DNA of 64,000 nucleotides, taken from contig OZ253375.1 of the NCBI GenBank assembly GCA_965261005.1, positions 1,216,001 through 1,280,000 on the forward strand, given 5' to 3'. The number at the start of each line of letters is the position of its first letter. Position 1 is the first letter of the stretch. Both the position numbers and the translations under genes were made by a program. A model generated the notes under the pieces. The model did not search any database, had not been told where the DNA came from, and worked only from the letters and a program-made list of their open reading frames with translations. This document shows, one piece after another, positions 1 to 11,974 of this stretch. Source of the stretch: Deinococcus sp. (GTDB lineage: Bacteria > Deinococcota > Deinococci > Deinococcales > Deinococcaceae).

Positions 1-1
1 C

Positions 2-729
<728 letters not shown>

Positions 730-733
<4 letters not shown>

Positions 734-1689
734 GCGGCGGGGCAGGTGGACGCTGGAAAGGCTATCCGCGCTACGTGTGGCGGCGCACCCTGCACAACTG
801 GCCGCAAAAAATTCTGGCGCTGCTCACCGCCTTGGTGCTGTGGTTCTTGGCGACCGCCGACCGCCGCGCCACGGTGGACCGCTCGTTCACGGCCGAGTTG
901 CGGGTATTGGGCGACAGCGCGCCGGGGGCGCGCGCGGGCAAGCGGTCGGTCAGCGACGTGCCGCAAAACGTGCGGGTGACCCTCAGCGGGCCGAGCAACG
1001 ATCTGAACGGCCTGAGCGGTGACGACATCGAGGCCACCATCAGCGTCGCCGACTTGCCCGAGGGCAGCTTTCAGGTGCCTATCCGGGTGCGCGCGCCGGT
1101 GGGCCTGCGGGTGGTGCGCTACTCCCCCACGGTGGCGAGCGGCTTCGTAGACGCCGAGACGACCCGCACGCTGAACGTGCAACTGGCCGTGACCAACTTG
1201 CCCGCGCGGGCGCTGCCGCGCTACGCGCTCACGCCGAAGACCGTGCAGGTGACCGGCCCCGAGCGGCTGGTCAACGCGGTGGCCAGCGTGACCACGGTGC
1301 CGGTCAGCTTGCCGCGCGGGGCCAGCGCCGAGGCGCGGCTGCTGGCGCTGGGCAGTGGCGGCCAGCCGATTGCGGATGTGCGCCTGAACCCGGCCACCGT
1401 CAGCGTGGAGCGCACCGACCAAAGCGACTTGCCCCTCAAGGTGCTGGGCGTCCGCTTGGACCCGGCGCCCGCCGGCTTCGAGGTGGTCTCGGCCGAAATC
1501 AGCCCGCCGAGCGTGCGCGTGATCGCCGATTCGGTCACCTTGGCGGGCCTGAACGCGGTGATCGCCCGCGTGCCGTACCGCGAGGGAAACTACAGCGCCC
1601 AAGCGAACTTGCAGCTGCCCAGCGGGGCGCGCAGCCTGGACCCCGTGACGGTCACGCTGGACGTCCGTAGGGCGCGGGCCAACCCGTGA
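730..1689 (+). CDS. cdaR: CdaR/YbbR-like regulator of CdaA
   Basis: ATG at 730 overlaps cdaA stop (ATGA); N-terminal TM (KILALLTALVLW) then repeated P..V.V.GP YbbR-like units; canonical synteny. Confidence 0.85.
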
Positions 1690-1779
1690 CAACAACCCGT
1701 GCCAAGAAGGGCCGGAAAGGGTAAAGGCGCACTTCCTCCCGGTTCCCCCAGCCACCTTCCTGATACAACTAAAGCCATT

Positions 1780-2399
1780 GTGCCGACCACCATCTACCCG
1801 ATCCGGCTGTACGGCGACCCGGTGCTGCGCTCGCGCTCACGGCCCATCGCCGACCTTGACGCGCCCGTGAGCGTGCCCGGCTTCGCGCCCAAGCTGCCGC
1901 GCGACCTCGCGCGCGACCTGCTCGAAACCATGTACGAGGCGCGCGGCGTGGGTCTCGCGGCGCCGCAGGTGGGCTTGCCGCTGCAAATGTTCGTGGCCGC
2001 CGAGTACGAGGACGACGAGGACGAGGGGCAGGAGCGCCCGCTGCGCTCCAGGGTGTTGCGCGAGATCGTCGCCATCAACCCCGTGCTGGAGGTGACCGAC
2101 AAGCGCCGGGACACCAGCTACGAGGAGGGCTGCCTCTCGATTCCGGGCATCTACGAACCGGGGGTGCCGCGCGCCCGCGCGGTGAGGCTGCGCTACACCG
2201 ACCTGGACGGAACCGAGCGCGTCGAGGAGGTCGGCGATTACCTGGCGCGGGTGTTTCAGCACGAACACGACCACCTGAGCGGCAGGCTGTTTCTGGATTA
2301 CCTGCCGGAAACCGTCACCAACGCGCACCGCAAGGCCCTCGGGGAGATGCAGCGCGAGGCCAAGACCTACCTGAAGACCTTGCCGGCGCCGGGCCGGGG

Positions 2400-2403
<4 letters not shown>
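1780..2403 (+). CDS. def: Peptide deformylase
   Basis: GVGLAAPQVG, EGCLSIPG, QHEHDHL motifs; start inferred at GTG 1780. Confidence 0.95.
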
Positions 2404-3335
<932 letters not shown>

Positions 3336-3361
3336 CGGGCGCTTCTGTTACACTTGCGCGC

Positions 3362-4453
3362 ATGCTGGCAGGAGAAGCCCCGCGCGCTTACGGCACCGTC
3401 CTGATCGCGGGCGTGGGCCTGATCGGCGGCAGCGTCGCGCTGCGAATCAAGAGCTTACTCTTGGCGCGGCGCGTGATCGGCCTTGACCAAAGCAGCGAGG
3501 CCCTCAACACCGCCGTCGCCCTGGGCGTCATTGACGAGGCGCAGTTGGAGCCGGGCGGGTGGCTCTCGGACGTGGACTTGGTGGTGTTGGCCGCCCCGGT
3601 GGCCGCCATTCCCGAACTCGCGCGCCGCTTGGCGCGCTTCACCAAGCCGGGCGCGCTGTTCACCGACGTGGGCAGCGTCAAGGGGCCGCTGGCGCGCGCT
3701 CTCTCAGACCTGCCCAACTTCGTGCCGGGGCACCCCATGGCCGGCAGCGAGCGCGCCGGCGTCGAGCACGCCAGCGGCTCGCTGCTGCAAAACGCCGTGT
3801 GGGTGCTGACGCCCAGCGACGAGACGCCGCTGCCGGCCCTGGCACGGGTGCGCGCCCTGGTCGAGCAGCTGGGCGCCGCCCCCGTGGTGATGCCGCCCGA
3901 GGCGCACGACCAATTGGTCGCGACCATCTCGCACCTCCCCTACCTGACCAGCCTCGCGCTGACGCACATGGTCGCGCGCGACGAGCGCCTCGCGCTGCTG
4001 GCCGCCGGCGGCTTTCGCGACCTCACCCGCGTGGCCAGCGGCGATCCGCGCATGAGCCGCGACATGGTGGTGGAGAATCGTCACGCCCTGCGCGAAGCCC
4101 TCGGCCGCTTTCGGCGCGAACTGGACCACTTGGAGGCCCAGCTTGACTTGCCCGAAGACCTGCTGGACGCGGCGCGCGAAAGCAAACGCACCCGCGACAG
4201 CCTGCCCATCGTGCGCCGCAGCCTGCTGCCGCCGCGCCACGATCTGCTGGTGGCCGTCGAGGACCGGGCGGGCGAACTCGGGCGCATCACCCAGCTGGTG
4301 GGAGGGGGCGGCGTCAACATCAAGGACATCGAGGTGCTGGCCATTCGCGAGCAGGGCGGCAGCGTCCGTTTGGGCCTGGAGACGCCCGACGACGTGGACC
4401 GGGCGCGCGCCGTGCTGGAGCGCGCCGGCTACACCACCCGCAGCCGGGTCTGA
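3362..4453 (+). CDS. tyrA: Prephenate/arogenate dehydrogenase with C-terminal ACT domain
   Basis: GVGLIGGS, TDVGSVK, GHPMAGSE, HD..VA.ISHLP, GFRDLTRVA; ACT-like DRAGELGRI; TACACT -10 box 7 nt before ATG. Confidence 0.93.
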   Translation: MLAGEAPRAYGTVLIAGVGLIGGSVALRIKSLLLARRVIGLDQSSEALNTAVALGVIDEAQLEPGGWLSDVDLVVLAAPVAAIPELARRLARFTKPGALFTDVGSVKGPLARALSDLPNFVPGHPMAGSERAGVEHASGSLLQNAVWVLTPSDETPLPALARVRALVEQLGAAPVVMPPEAHDQLVATISHLPYLTSLALTHMVARDERLALLAAGGFRDLTRVASGDPRMSRDMVVENRHALREALGRFRRELDHLEAQLDLPEDLLDAARESKRTRDSLPIVRRSLLPPRHDLLVAVEDRAGELGRITQLVGGGGVNIKDIEVLAIREQGGSVRLGLETPDDVDRARAVLERAGYTTRSRV

Positions 4454-4627
4454 CAAAACGGGTGTGACCAAAAGCGAATGACCACGCCGAGCATCTTCAC
4501 CGATCTAAAACCGAATTCTCATTAGGTGAACACCATGAAGAGCGCCTGACAATGCTTTGATCTTCTGCGGCGCGCACGACCCGACTTGCCCCAACTTGTG
4601 ATGGGGTTTGAGCGTACTGGAGGCTGA

Positions 4628-6532
4628 ATGAACTTGAAAACTGCGACCGCCGGCTTCGTGAGCCTCACCCTGACCCTGGTCCTGGGGTCATGCGGGGGAA
4701 GCGCCCCGACCACCGCTGTAGCGCTGTCCACCAGCAATGCTGCGGCCGGCTCGTCCCTCACCGAGCTGACGGAGGCCAGAAGAAGGCAAAAAGAGCCTGT
4801 GTGTGACGCCAAGCTGGACCCAATCACCGCGCTGACCGAGGTGCAGGGGAACGGCGCGACCAGCCCGCTGCTGGGCCAGCGGGTGAACGTGCGGGGCGTC
4901 GTCACGGCCGACTTTCAGCAGGGCCTGGGCGGCTTTTTCATCGAGCAGCCAAGGGTGGACGGCCAGCCTGGGGCCTCGCGCGGCGTGTACGTGTTCACCG
5001 GCAAGGCGCCAGAGAGCGTGAAGGCCGGCGACTTCGTGCAGCTGAGCGCCAGCGTGGCCGAGTACAAGGGTAAGGGCGACAAGCTGCCTGGCACGGTCAC
5101 CGAGCTGACCGGCGTGACCGACTTGAGCGTGTGCGGCCCCGGCCCCAAAGTCACGCCCGCCAAGCTGACCCTGCCCGCCACGGACGCCGAGTTGGAACAG
5201 TACGAGGGCATGCTGGTCACCTTGCCGCAGACGCTGACCGTGACCGACAACTACGGTCTGGGTCGTTACGGCCAGTTGGGCCTGTCGGTGGGTGGGCGGC
5301 TGTTCGTGCCCACCAACGGCAACACCAACAGCACGGAGGCCCAGAACGACGCCCGGCGCATTCTGCTCGACGACGGCAACACCGCGCAGAACCCGCCCAG
5401 CATTCCTTACCTGACCTCGGACCACCCGCTCACGGCCACCCGCCGCGCGGGCGACACCGTGCGGAGGCTGACCGGCGTGCTGCACTACGCTTTCGATCAT
5501 TTCGTGATCGAGCCGACCGCCGCGCCCAACTTCAAAGCCAGCAACCCGCGCCCCGCCCGCCCCGCCCCCGTGGGCGGCAGCCTCAAGGTGGCGGGGGCCA
5601 ACGTCCTGAACTTCTTCGACACCTTCGGGGGCCCGAATGACCGTGGCGCCGACAGCGCCTACGAGTTCGCGCGCCAAAAGGCCAAGGTCGTGGCGGAGCT
5701 GCGCGGCCTCGACGCCGACGTGATCACCCTGATGGAGGTCGAGAACGACGGTGACGCGGCACTGAATACCCTGGTGGACGCGCTGAACAACAGCTACGGC
5801 GGGAGCGTGTACGCCGCCGTGGAGACCGGCGTGGTCGGCAGCGACGCCATCAAGGTCGCCATGATCTACCGGCCGGACCGCGTCAAGCCCCTCGGCCCGC
5901 CGACCATTGACGACAACGCCGACAACGTCTACAGCCGCCCGCCGGTGGCGCAGACCTTTCAGGACAAGCTGAGCGGCGGCGTGCTGACGGTGGTCGCCAA
6001 CCACCTCAAGAGCAAGGGCAGCTGTCCCAAGGGCGCCGGCGACCCCAACGCCGACCACGGCCAAGGCTGCTGGAACGCCTTGCGCGTGCAGCAGGCCCAG
6101 AAGCTGCTGAAGTTCAGCGCCCGCCTCGCGCAGACGACGGGCGACGCCGACGTGCTGCTGCTGGGCGACTTCAACGCCTACGGCGCCGAGGACCCCGTGC
6201 AGGCCCTCAGGGCGGGCGGCTTCACGCACGAGAACCTGCGCATTCCGGCCGCCGAGCGCTACTCCTTCGCCTTTATGGGCGAGTTCGGCTCGCTCGACCA
6301 CGCCTTTGCCAGCGCCAGCCTCGACAAGCAGATCACGGGCGTCAGGGAGTGGCACATCAACAGCGACGAGCCGGTGATCCTCGACTACAACGTGGAGTAC
6401 AAGCAGAACCCCGAGTGCCAGACCTCGACGTGCGGCGGCCCGGACCTCTACGCGCCCACCCCCTACCGCGCCAGCGACCACGATCCGGTCTTGATCGGCC
6501 TGAACCTGCGGCGCGACGCGCCCAAGCCCTGA
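4628..6532 (+). CDS. ExeM/NucH-family extracellular endonuclease, lipoprotein
   Basis: Lipobox LVLGSC; OB-fold region (QGNG..SPL.G..V.VRGVVT); EEP motifs NVLNFF, NHLKSKGS, LGDFNAY, SLDH, SDHDP. Confidence 0.9.
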   Translation: MNLKTATAGFVSLTLTLVLGSCGGSAPTTAVALSTSNAAAGSSLTELTEARRRQKEPVCDAKLDPITALTEVQGNGATSPLLGQRVNVRGVVTADFQQGLGGFFIEQPRVDGQPGASRGVYVFTGKAPESVKAGDFVQLSASVAEYKGKGDKLPGTVTELTGVTDLSVCGPGPKVTPAKLTLPATDAELEQYEGMLVTLPQTLTVTDNYGLGRYGQLGLSVGGRLFVPTNGNTNSTEAQNDARRILLDDGNTAQNPPSIPYLTSDHPLTATRRAGDTVRRLTGVLHYAFDHFVIEPTAAPNFKASNPRPARPAPVGGSLKVAGANVLNFFDTFGGPNDRGADSAYEFARQKAKVVAELRGLDADVITLMEVENDGDAALNTLVDALNNSYGGSVYAAVETGVVGSDAIKVAMIYRPDRVKPLGPPTIDDNADNVYSRPPVAQTFQDKLSGGVLTVVANHLKSKGSCPKGAGDPNADHGQGCWNALRVQQAQKLLKFSARLAQTTGDADVLLLGDFNAYGAEDPVQALRAGGFTHENLRIPAAERYSFAFMGEFGSLDHAFASASLDKQITGVREWHINSDEPVILDYNVEYKQNPECQTSTCGGPDLYAPTPYRASDHDPVLIGLNLRRDAPKP

Positions 6533-6555
6533 GCGCGTAAGCCCCCGTCTTCTTC

Positions 6556-6586
6556 GGCGCCCCCATGTGGGGGCGCCCTCTTTTTG
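6556..6586 (+). terminator. Rho-independent terminator
   Basis: GGCGCCCCCA-tg-TGGGGGCGCC hairpin followed by a T-rich tail, after the nuclease stop. Confidence 0.65.
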
Positions 6587-6610
6587 TTCCCTAGGCTTTA
6601 CCATCCTCCT

Positions 6611-7330
6611 ATGCCCGACTTCGGCCTCATCTTCGACATGGACGGCGTGATCGCCGACACGCTGGGGCCGCACGCGCGCTCGTGGCGCCGCCTCGCGGGG
6701 GAGCAGGGCATCCCGTTCGCGCCGGAGACGGGCGCCGCCCTGCTGGGCCGCGAGCGCGGCGAGGCGCTGGGCGTGCTGCTGGGCGGGCGTGAAGTGAGCG
6801 CTCCCGAGCGCGCGGCGCTGCTGGCCCGCAAGCAAGAACTCTTTTTGAGCGCTCCCGAGCGCGCGGCGCTGCTGGCCCGCAAGCAAGAACTCTTTTTGGA
6901 GGCGCTGGGCGACTTCGGGCCGCAGGACGCCTTGCCGGGGGTGCGCGAGCTGCTGTCGGAGGCCCGCGAACAAGGCGTGCCGCTCGGCTTGGCCTCGTCC
7001 AGCCGCAACGTCGGCCTGATTCTGGAGCGGCTGGGCTTGTTGGGCGCCTTTGACGCCGTGGCGGACGGCACCAGCGTGGTCCGTTCCAAGCCCGCGCCGG
7101 ACATCTTCGTGTGGACGGCGGGGCGGCTGAACCTCAGCCCGGCGCGCTGCGTGGTCTTCGAGGACGCGGCGGCCGGCGTGGAGGCGGCCCTCGCGGGCGG
7201 CTTTCAGGTGGTCGGCTTGGGCGACCCCGCCCAGGTGGGCGCGGCGCAGCGGGTGCGAAAAGACTTGGTCGGCGCCACCGTCGCCGAGTTCGCCCCGCCG
7301 TGGGAAGCTACAGTGACGGGCGATGGCTGA
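6611..7330 (+). CDS. HAD-family hydrolase (beta-phosphoglucomutase-like)
   Basis: FDMDGVIADT, ASSS, KPAPDIF, FEDA..G motifs; TACCAT -10 box 6 nt before ATG. Confidence 0.88.
   Translation: MPDFGLIFDMDGVIADTLGPHARSWRRLAGEQGIPFAPETGAALLGRERGEALGVLLGGREVSAPERAALLARKQELFLSAPERAALLARKQELFLEALGDFGPQDALPGVRELLSEAREQGVPLGLASSSRNVGLILERLGLLGAFDAVADGTSVVRSKPAPDIFVWTAGRLNLSPARCVVFEDAAAGVEAALAGGFQVVGLGDPAQVGAAQRVRKDLVGATVAEFAPPWEATVTGDG
6795..6898 (+). repeat. Perfect 51-bp tandem duplication inside the HAD gene
   Basis: tgagcgctcccgagcgcgcggcgctgctggcccgcaagcaagaactctttt at 6795-6845 and 6846-6896; SAPERAALLARKQELFL twice. Confidence 0.97.
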
Positions 7331-8027
7331 CCCCAAACCCACTGCTCTCAGGCCCACCGCCCTGATCACCGGCGCGACCGGCGGCATCGGCCGCGCCCTG
7401 GCCGTCGCCCTGGCCCCTACCTACGACCTGATCCTGAGCGGGCGCGACGCCGGCAAGCTCGCCGCCCTCGCCGCCGACTTCGCGGGGGCGCGCGCCTTGC
7501 CGCTCGACTTGGAGCGCCCGGAAAGCTTCGGGCCGGTCCTGAGCGGTCTGGAGACCCTCGACGCACTGATCCACAACGCCGGCGTTGTGGAGTTGGGCGC
7601 GGTGGCGGACGTGCCCGCTGAGGTCTGGAGCCACACCCTGGCCGTGAACGTGGTGGCGCCGGCCGAATTGACGCGCCTGCTGCTCCCGGCCCTGCGCGCG
7701 GCGCGGGGACAAGTCGTCTTCGTCAATTCCGGCGCCGGCCTGAGCGCCGGTCCCCATTGGGCCAGTTACGCGGCCAGCAAGTTCGCCCTGCGCGCCCTGG
7801 CCGACAGCCTGCGCGCCGAGGAGTCCCCCCAGGGGTTGCGCGTCACGACCGTGTATCCCGGCCGCACCGCCACCGACATGCAGCGCAAGGTGCGCGCCCA
7901 GGAAGGCGGGGAGTTTCAGGCGGACGCCTACCTGCGCCCGGAGAGCGTGGCGCGGGCAATCCTGAACGTGCTGAGCATGCCCGAGGGCGCCCTGATCGCG
8001 GAGCTGATGGTGCGCCCCGGCCCGTAG
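7323..8027 (+). CDS. Short-chain dehydrogenase/reductase
   Basis: TGATGGIG, HNAG, YAASK, PGRTATDM. Confidence 0.92.
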   Translation: MADPKPTALRPTALITGATGGIGRALAVALAPTYDLILSGRDAGKLAALAADFAGARALPLDLERPESFGPVLSGLETLDALIHNAGVVELGAVADVPAEVWSHTLAVNVVAPAELTRLLLPALRAARGQVVFVNSGAGLSAGPHWASYAASKFALRALADSLRAEESPQGLRVTTVYPGRTATDMQRKVRAQEGGEFQADAYLRPESVARAILNVLSMPEGALIAELMVRPGP

Positions 8028-8072
8028 GGTATTCGGCGTTCCACAAGGCGTCCAGGCCCGTATACTGGCGGC

Positions 8073-8696
8073 ATGCACCCGGACCTGACGGCCGTACGAA
8101 CCGCGCTCGCGGGCGAGCCGGTGTCGTTTGCCCTTCTCGAAGTGCGCGGCGAGCGGGCGCGCGTGGCGCCGGCCCTTTCGCCGGACGCCTTGTACGCGCA
8201 GCTCGGCGAGCGTCTGGAGGAGGCTTGGAGCCTGACCTGGCACCTGGAACACGCCGAGCCGCCGGTGGTGCGCTGCCGCTTGGAGCTGCTCGGCCAGGCC
8301 CGCGAGGGGCTGAGCCGGGGCGGCGACTTGGAGAGCGCGCGCCAGTTGGCCCTCACCGAGGCGGCGCGCGCTTGGGGCCTGCTGCCGGAGCGCTACGCCG
8401 CCCCCGCGAGCTGGGTGGACTACGACCCGGACGAAGGACCCAACACCGCCGAGCTGGAAGGAGGCGAGCTGGACAGCCCTGAGCTGGATAGTGCGGAGCT
8501 GGTTCCCGAGACGCCGCCGCGCGACCCGCAATTGGAGCGCGCCCGGCAGCACATCGACGACTTGATGGACCAGTTGCGCGAGCGCGAGTTGGGCAAGCAG
8601 GCCAGCCGGGTGCTGGTCAAGCACGGCGGCTACGGCGAGACGGTGGAGGACAGCCGCAAGGTGTACGCCGAACTCAAGTCGCTGCTGCGGTCATAG
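8073..8696 (+). CDS. DdrA/Rad52-like ssDNA-binding/annealing protein paralogue
   Basis: Recalled resemblance to Deinococcus DdrA-type fold (W...V.CRL.LLG..REG, AL..AA..WG, WVDYD, C-terminal RKVY..LK..L); TATACT -10 box 6 nt upstream. Confidence 0.6.
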   Translation: MHPDLTAVRTALAGEPVSFALLEVRGERARVAPALSPDALYAQLGERLEEAWSLTWHLEHAEPPVVRCRLELLGQAREGLSRGGDLESARQLALTEAARAWGLLPERYAAPASWVDYDPDEGPNTAELEGGELDSPELDSAELVPETPPRDPQLERARQHIDDLMDQLRERELGKQASRVLVKHGGYGETVEDSRKVYAELKSLLRS

Positions 8697-8704
8697 GGCG
8701 GGGC

Positions 8705-9466
8705 ATGCAAAAGTACATCGCCATCGGCGACGTTCACGCGGACTGGCCGACCTTGTGGGCCGCGCTGCGCGCCTCATACGCCGCCGACGCCGCCGGCAAC
8801 CCCAGCGCGCCCCTGATCGCCGGCCACTTTCAGGTGGTCCTGATCGGCGACTTGGTGCATCCTAAGAGCCACGGCGAGTACGCCCGCGTCAGCGGCAGGG
8901 GGGACTTCGACTTCGCCAACGCCGACCACCTCGCGCAGGCGGCGGCGACGCAGATCGAGCAGCTGGAGCGCCTGAAAGCCTTTGCCGAGGCGGCCAACGG
9001 CAACGTGCACATTCTGCTGGGCAACCACGACGACGCCGTTCTGAACGCCGGCTACCTGCTGGGCACCGGGTCGGGCGTGGTCCATACCGAGTTCGATCCA
9101 CAGCGCGGCGGCGTCGCCCTGCCGGATCACCTCAAGACCTGGTTCGCCGGGTTCGCCCGCGAATTGCGCGTGGGCCAGCTTCAGTTCGCCCACGTCGGCC
9201 CCATGCCCAGCATGACCCACTACGACGACCTGTTCTACGCCGACCACACCCACAAAACCTGGTGGCGCGAGCAGCCCGAACTGGTGCGCATGAGCGGCGT
9301 GCGCTTCGGCGTCTACGGCCACACCCAGATGCAGGGCGGCATCTACTTGCACGAGGGCGGCGACTTCGCCATCATCGACGCGCTGTCCAGCCGCGAGTAC
9401 CTGGAGATCATGGCGCGCCCGGAACTGGAGCAGCCGGTGTCCACCCTACGCGTGGCGCCGTTTTGA
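8705..9466 (+). CDS. Calcineurin-like metallophosphoesterase
   Basis: GDVHA, GDLVH, GNHD, H, GHT motifs. Confidence 0.88.
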   Translation: MQKYIAIGDVHADWPTLWAALRASYAADAAGNPSAPLIAGHFQVVLIGDLVHPKSHGEYARVSGRGDFDFANADHLAQAAATQIEQLERLKAFAEAANGNVHILLGNHDDAVLNAGYLLGTGSGVVHTEFDPQRGGVALPDHLKTWFAGFARELRVGQLQFAHVGPMPSMTHYDDLFYADHTHKTWWREQPELVRMSGVRFGVYGHTQMQGGIYLHEGGDFAIIDALSSREYLEIMARPELEQPVSTLRVAPF

Positions 9467-9549
9467 GCGTCACTGTTGTTGACAAGCCCCAGAATTTATT
9501 GACAAGCCTGCGGGCCGCCGTTAGACTTGGACCGCCCGCCGAGGGGAAC

Positions 9550-9625
<76 letters not shown>

Positions 9626-9635
9626 AGAACAAAGA

Positions 9636-9659
9636 ACCCCGTCTCAGGCGGGGTTTTTT
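9636..9659 (+). terminator. Rho-independent terminator after tRNA-Phe
   Basis: ACCCCGTC-tca-GGCGGGGT hairpin followed by a T run. Confidence 0.8.
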
Positions 9660-9761
9660 GTTGTGGCGCCGGGTTGTTGGGCGGGGTGAGAAGGTCGGCC
9701 GTCGCAGATCGTCCAGAATGGGGTAGGCCGATAGCGCCCATCACCCGAAAAGGAGACCCCT

Positions 9762-11890
9762 TTGCTGCAACTCGACGACTTGCGCCGTCTCAGAAGTCCG
9801 CAGGCCATCGCCACCCTGTACCACCTGCTGGGCTACGCCGCCGACCAAGAGGCGACCCCCAACGCCGCCGAGGAGATCGGCATGCAGGGCGCGGCGGCGG
9901 GCAAGGTCCGGCGGGTCTTTCTGCTGGTGGACCAGGGCGACCTTCAGCACGTTCACTTCGAGGTCGGCGACCTGAGCGCGCCCAATTTGCGCGGCGTCGC
10001 GGAGACGTTCACGCGCCGGGCCGGCCAGTACCTGCTCTCGTTTGCGGACGGCGGGTACGATCAGGTCGTCTTCGTGAAGCCCTACGGTGAGGGGGGCGCC
10101 AAAAAGCTCAGCCGGCTGGTGATGCGGCCGGGCCGCCCGACCGCCCACGACCTCAGCGTGCTCAGGGAGATCGCGGCGGCGCCCGGCACGCCCCCGCTGG
10201 AGGCCCACGCCAAGCAGGTGAGGGCCTTTAACGTCGAGCGCGTCACCCGCAAGTTCTACGACGCCTACCACGCCCTGTTCGTCCACGTCCGGGGCACCAT
10301 AGCGGCCGAGAACCCCGGCGCGCGCATCGGCATGCTCGCCAGGAACCTCACGGGCGACCAGCCCAGTTTGCACGCCTTCACGCAGCGGCTGCTGGGCCGG
10401 GTGATCTTTCTCTACTTCATCCAGAAAAAGGGCTGGTTGGACGGGCGCGAGGACTTCATCAGCGACCTCTACCGCCGCGCCACCGCCCAGGACGGCCACA
10501 ATTTTTACCGCGACGCCTTGGAGCCGCTGTTCTTCGGGACCCTCAACACGCCGCGCCCCGATAGTGCCAGCCCCTTCGGCCGCGTGCCGTACCTGAACGG
10601 CAGCCTGTTCGAGCGCGAGTACCCGGACACCACCGTCCTGAACTTGCCGAACAGCCTGTTCGACCCCAACGAGACCGGCAGCATTCTGCACCTGCTCAAC
10701 AACTACAACTTTACGGTCGAGGAAAGCGGCAGCCTCGACCAGGACGTGAGCCTGGACCCGGAGATGCTGGGCAAAGTCTTCGAGAACATGATGGAGGCCG
10801 AGGAGGCCAGGAAGAGCGGCACCTTCTACACCCCCAGAAGCGTCGTGCAGTTCATGGCCGAGGAGACGCTCACCCGCTACCTGAGCGACCACACCGGCCT
10901 GCCCCAGGACCGCCTGCTGCCGCTGTGCGCCAACGACGGCGAGGCGCACGACCTGAGCCTGCCCGAGGCCAACGCGATCATCGCCGCGCTGGGCCGGGTC
11001 CGCATCCTCGACCCCGCCGTGGGCACCGCCTCTATGCTGGTCGGCGCCCTGAACGCTATGGTCCGCATTCGGCGCAGCGCCGAGGGCAAGCGCGGCGTGA
11101 GCGTCACCCCCGGCGGCAGCGCCCTGGCCGACTGGAAGCGCGAGTACATCCAACACTGTCTCTACGGCGTGGACATCAAGCACGAGGCCATCGAGATCGC
11201 CCGGCTGCGCCTGTGGCTGAGCTTGGTCGTGGACGCCCAAGAACCGGAGCCGCTGCCCAACCTCGACTACAAGCTGATGGCCGGCGACGGCCTGCTGGAA
11301 ACGGTGGACGGCACCCCCTTTATCAAGGCCGAGCAAGGTTTGCTGGGCGGCGCGGGCGAGGTCACGCTCAAGACCCGGCAGATCGAGCGGCTGCACGAGC
11401 AGTTCTTCCGCGAAGAAGACCCGCAGCGCCGCCGCGAGCTGCGGGGGGAGATTCAGCAACACGAGCGCGAGCTGTTCAAGGCCGACGTGGACGACCGCAT
11501 CCGGAACCTGGACGCCAACCTCACCGCCCTCAACCGCCAGATCGCCGACGCCCGCCAAGGCGAGCGCGCCCGCGCCACCCTGCTGAAGCGCCACGCCGCC
11601 CTCAGCGAGAACCTGGGCCGCCTGATCGAGCAAAAGGTCAAGGTCTGGGATGAGCAGGAGCCGCTGCCCTTCTTCTTGCACAACGTTCACTTCGCCGAGG
11701 TCATGAAGGGCCAGGGCGGCTTTGACATCGTGATCGGGAATCCGCCCTACGTGAGCATCGGCAACATGGACGGGCCGTACAAGGACGCCCTCAAGTCGGC
11801 CTTTCCAGACGTGGCGGCGGGCCGGGCCGACCTGTACGTGTACTTCTTCCAGAAGGGGTTGAACCTGCTGCGTGACGGCGGGCGGCTGGC
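9762..11890 (+). pseudogene. 5' part of an interrupted Eco57I/type IIG-like N6-adenine DNA methyltransferase (ORF reads on to a stop at 11975)
   Basis: AGGAG RBS at 9751; RVIFLYFIQKKGWL, PYLNGSLF, DPEMLGKVFE, GTFYTP, DPAVG, YGVDI, LRLWLSL, GFDIVIGNPPY, DLYVYF; MTase sequence ends at GGRLA where an IS end begins. Confidence 0.88.
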
Positions 11891-11921
11891 ATCCCTTATC
11901 CTATTCCTGGGATGTACTTAC
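11885..11921 (-). mobile_element. 37-bp relic of an IS630 left end (inverted repeat plus transposase start codon)
   Basis: gctggcatcccttatcctattcctgggatgtacttac is identical to 14816-14852. Confidence 0.93.
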
Positions 11922-11974
11922 GTACTGTATTTTGATGGCTTGAGTTCTCGTTCAATCCTCAGGAGGTTTCACTA

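Noticed and set aside
4688..7387. Long antisense or alternative-frame ORFs (also 9741-11690, 16112-18541, 42461-44308, 48296-49936 and many others)
   Set aside because: They shadow well-supported genes, have no recognisable motifs, and are expected in ~70% GC DNA.
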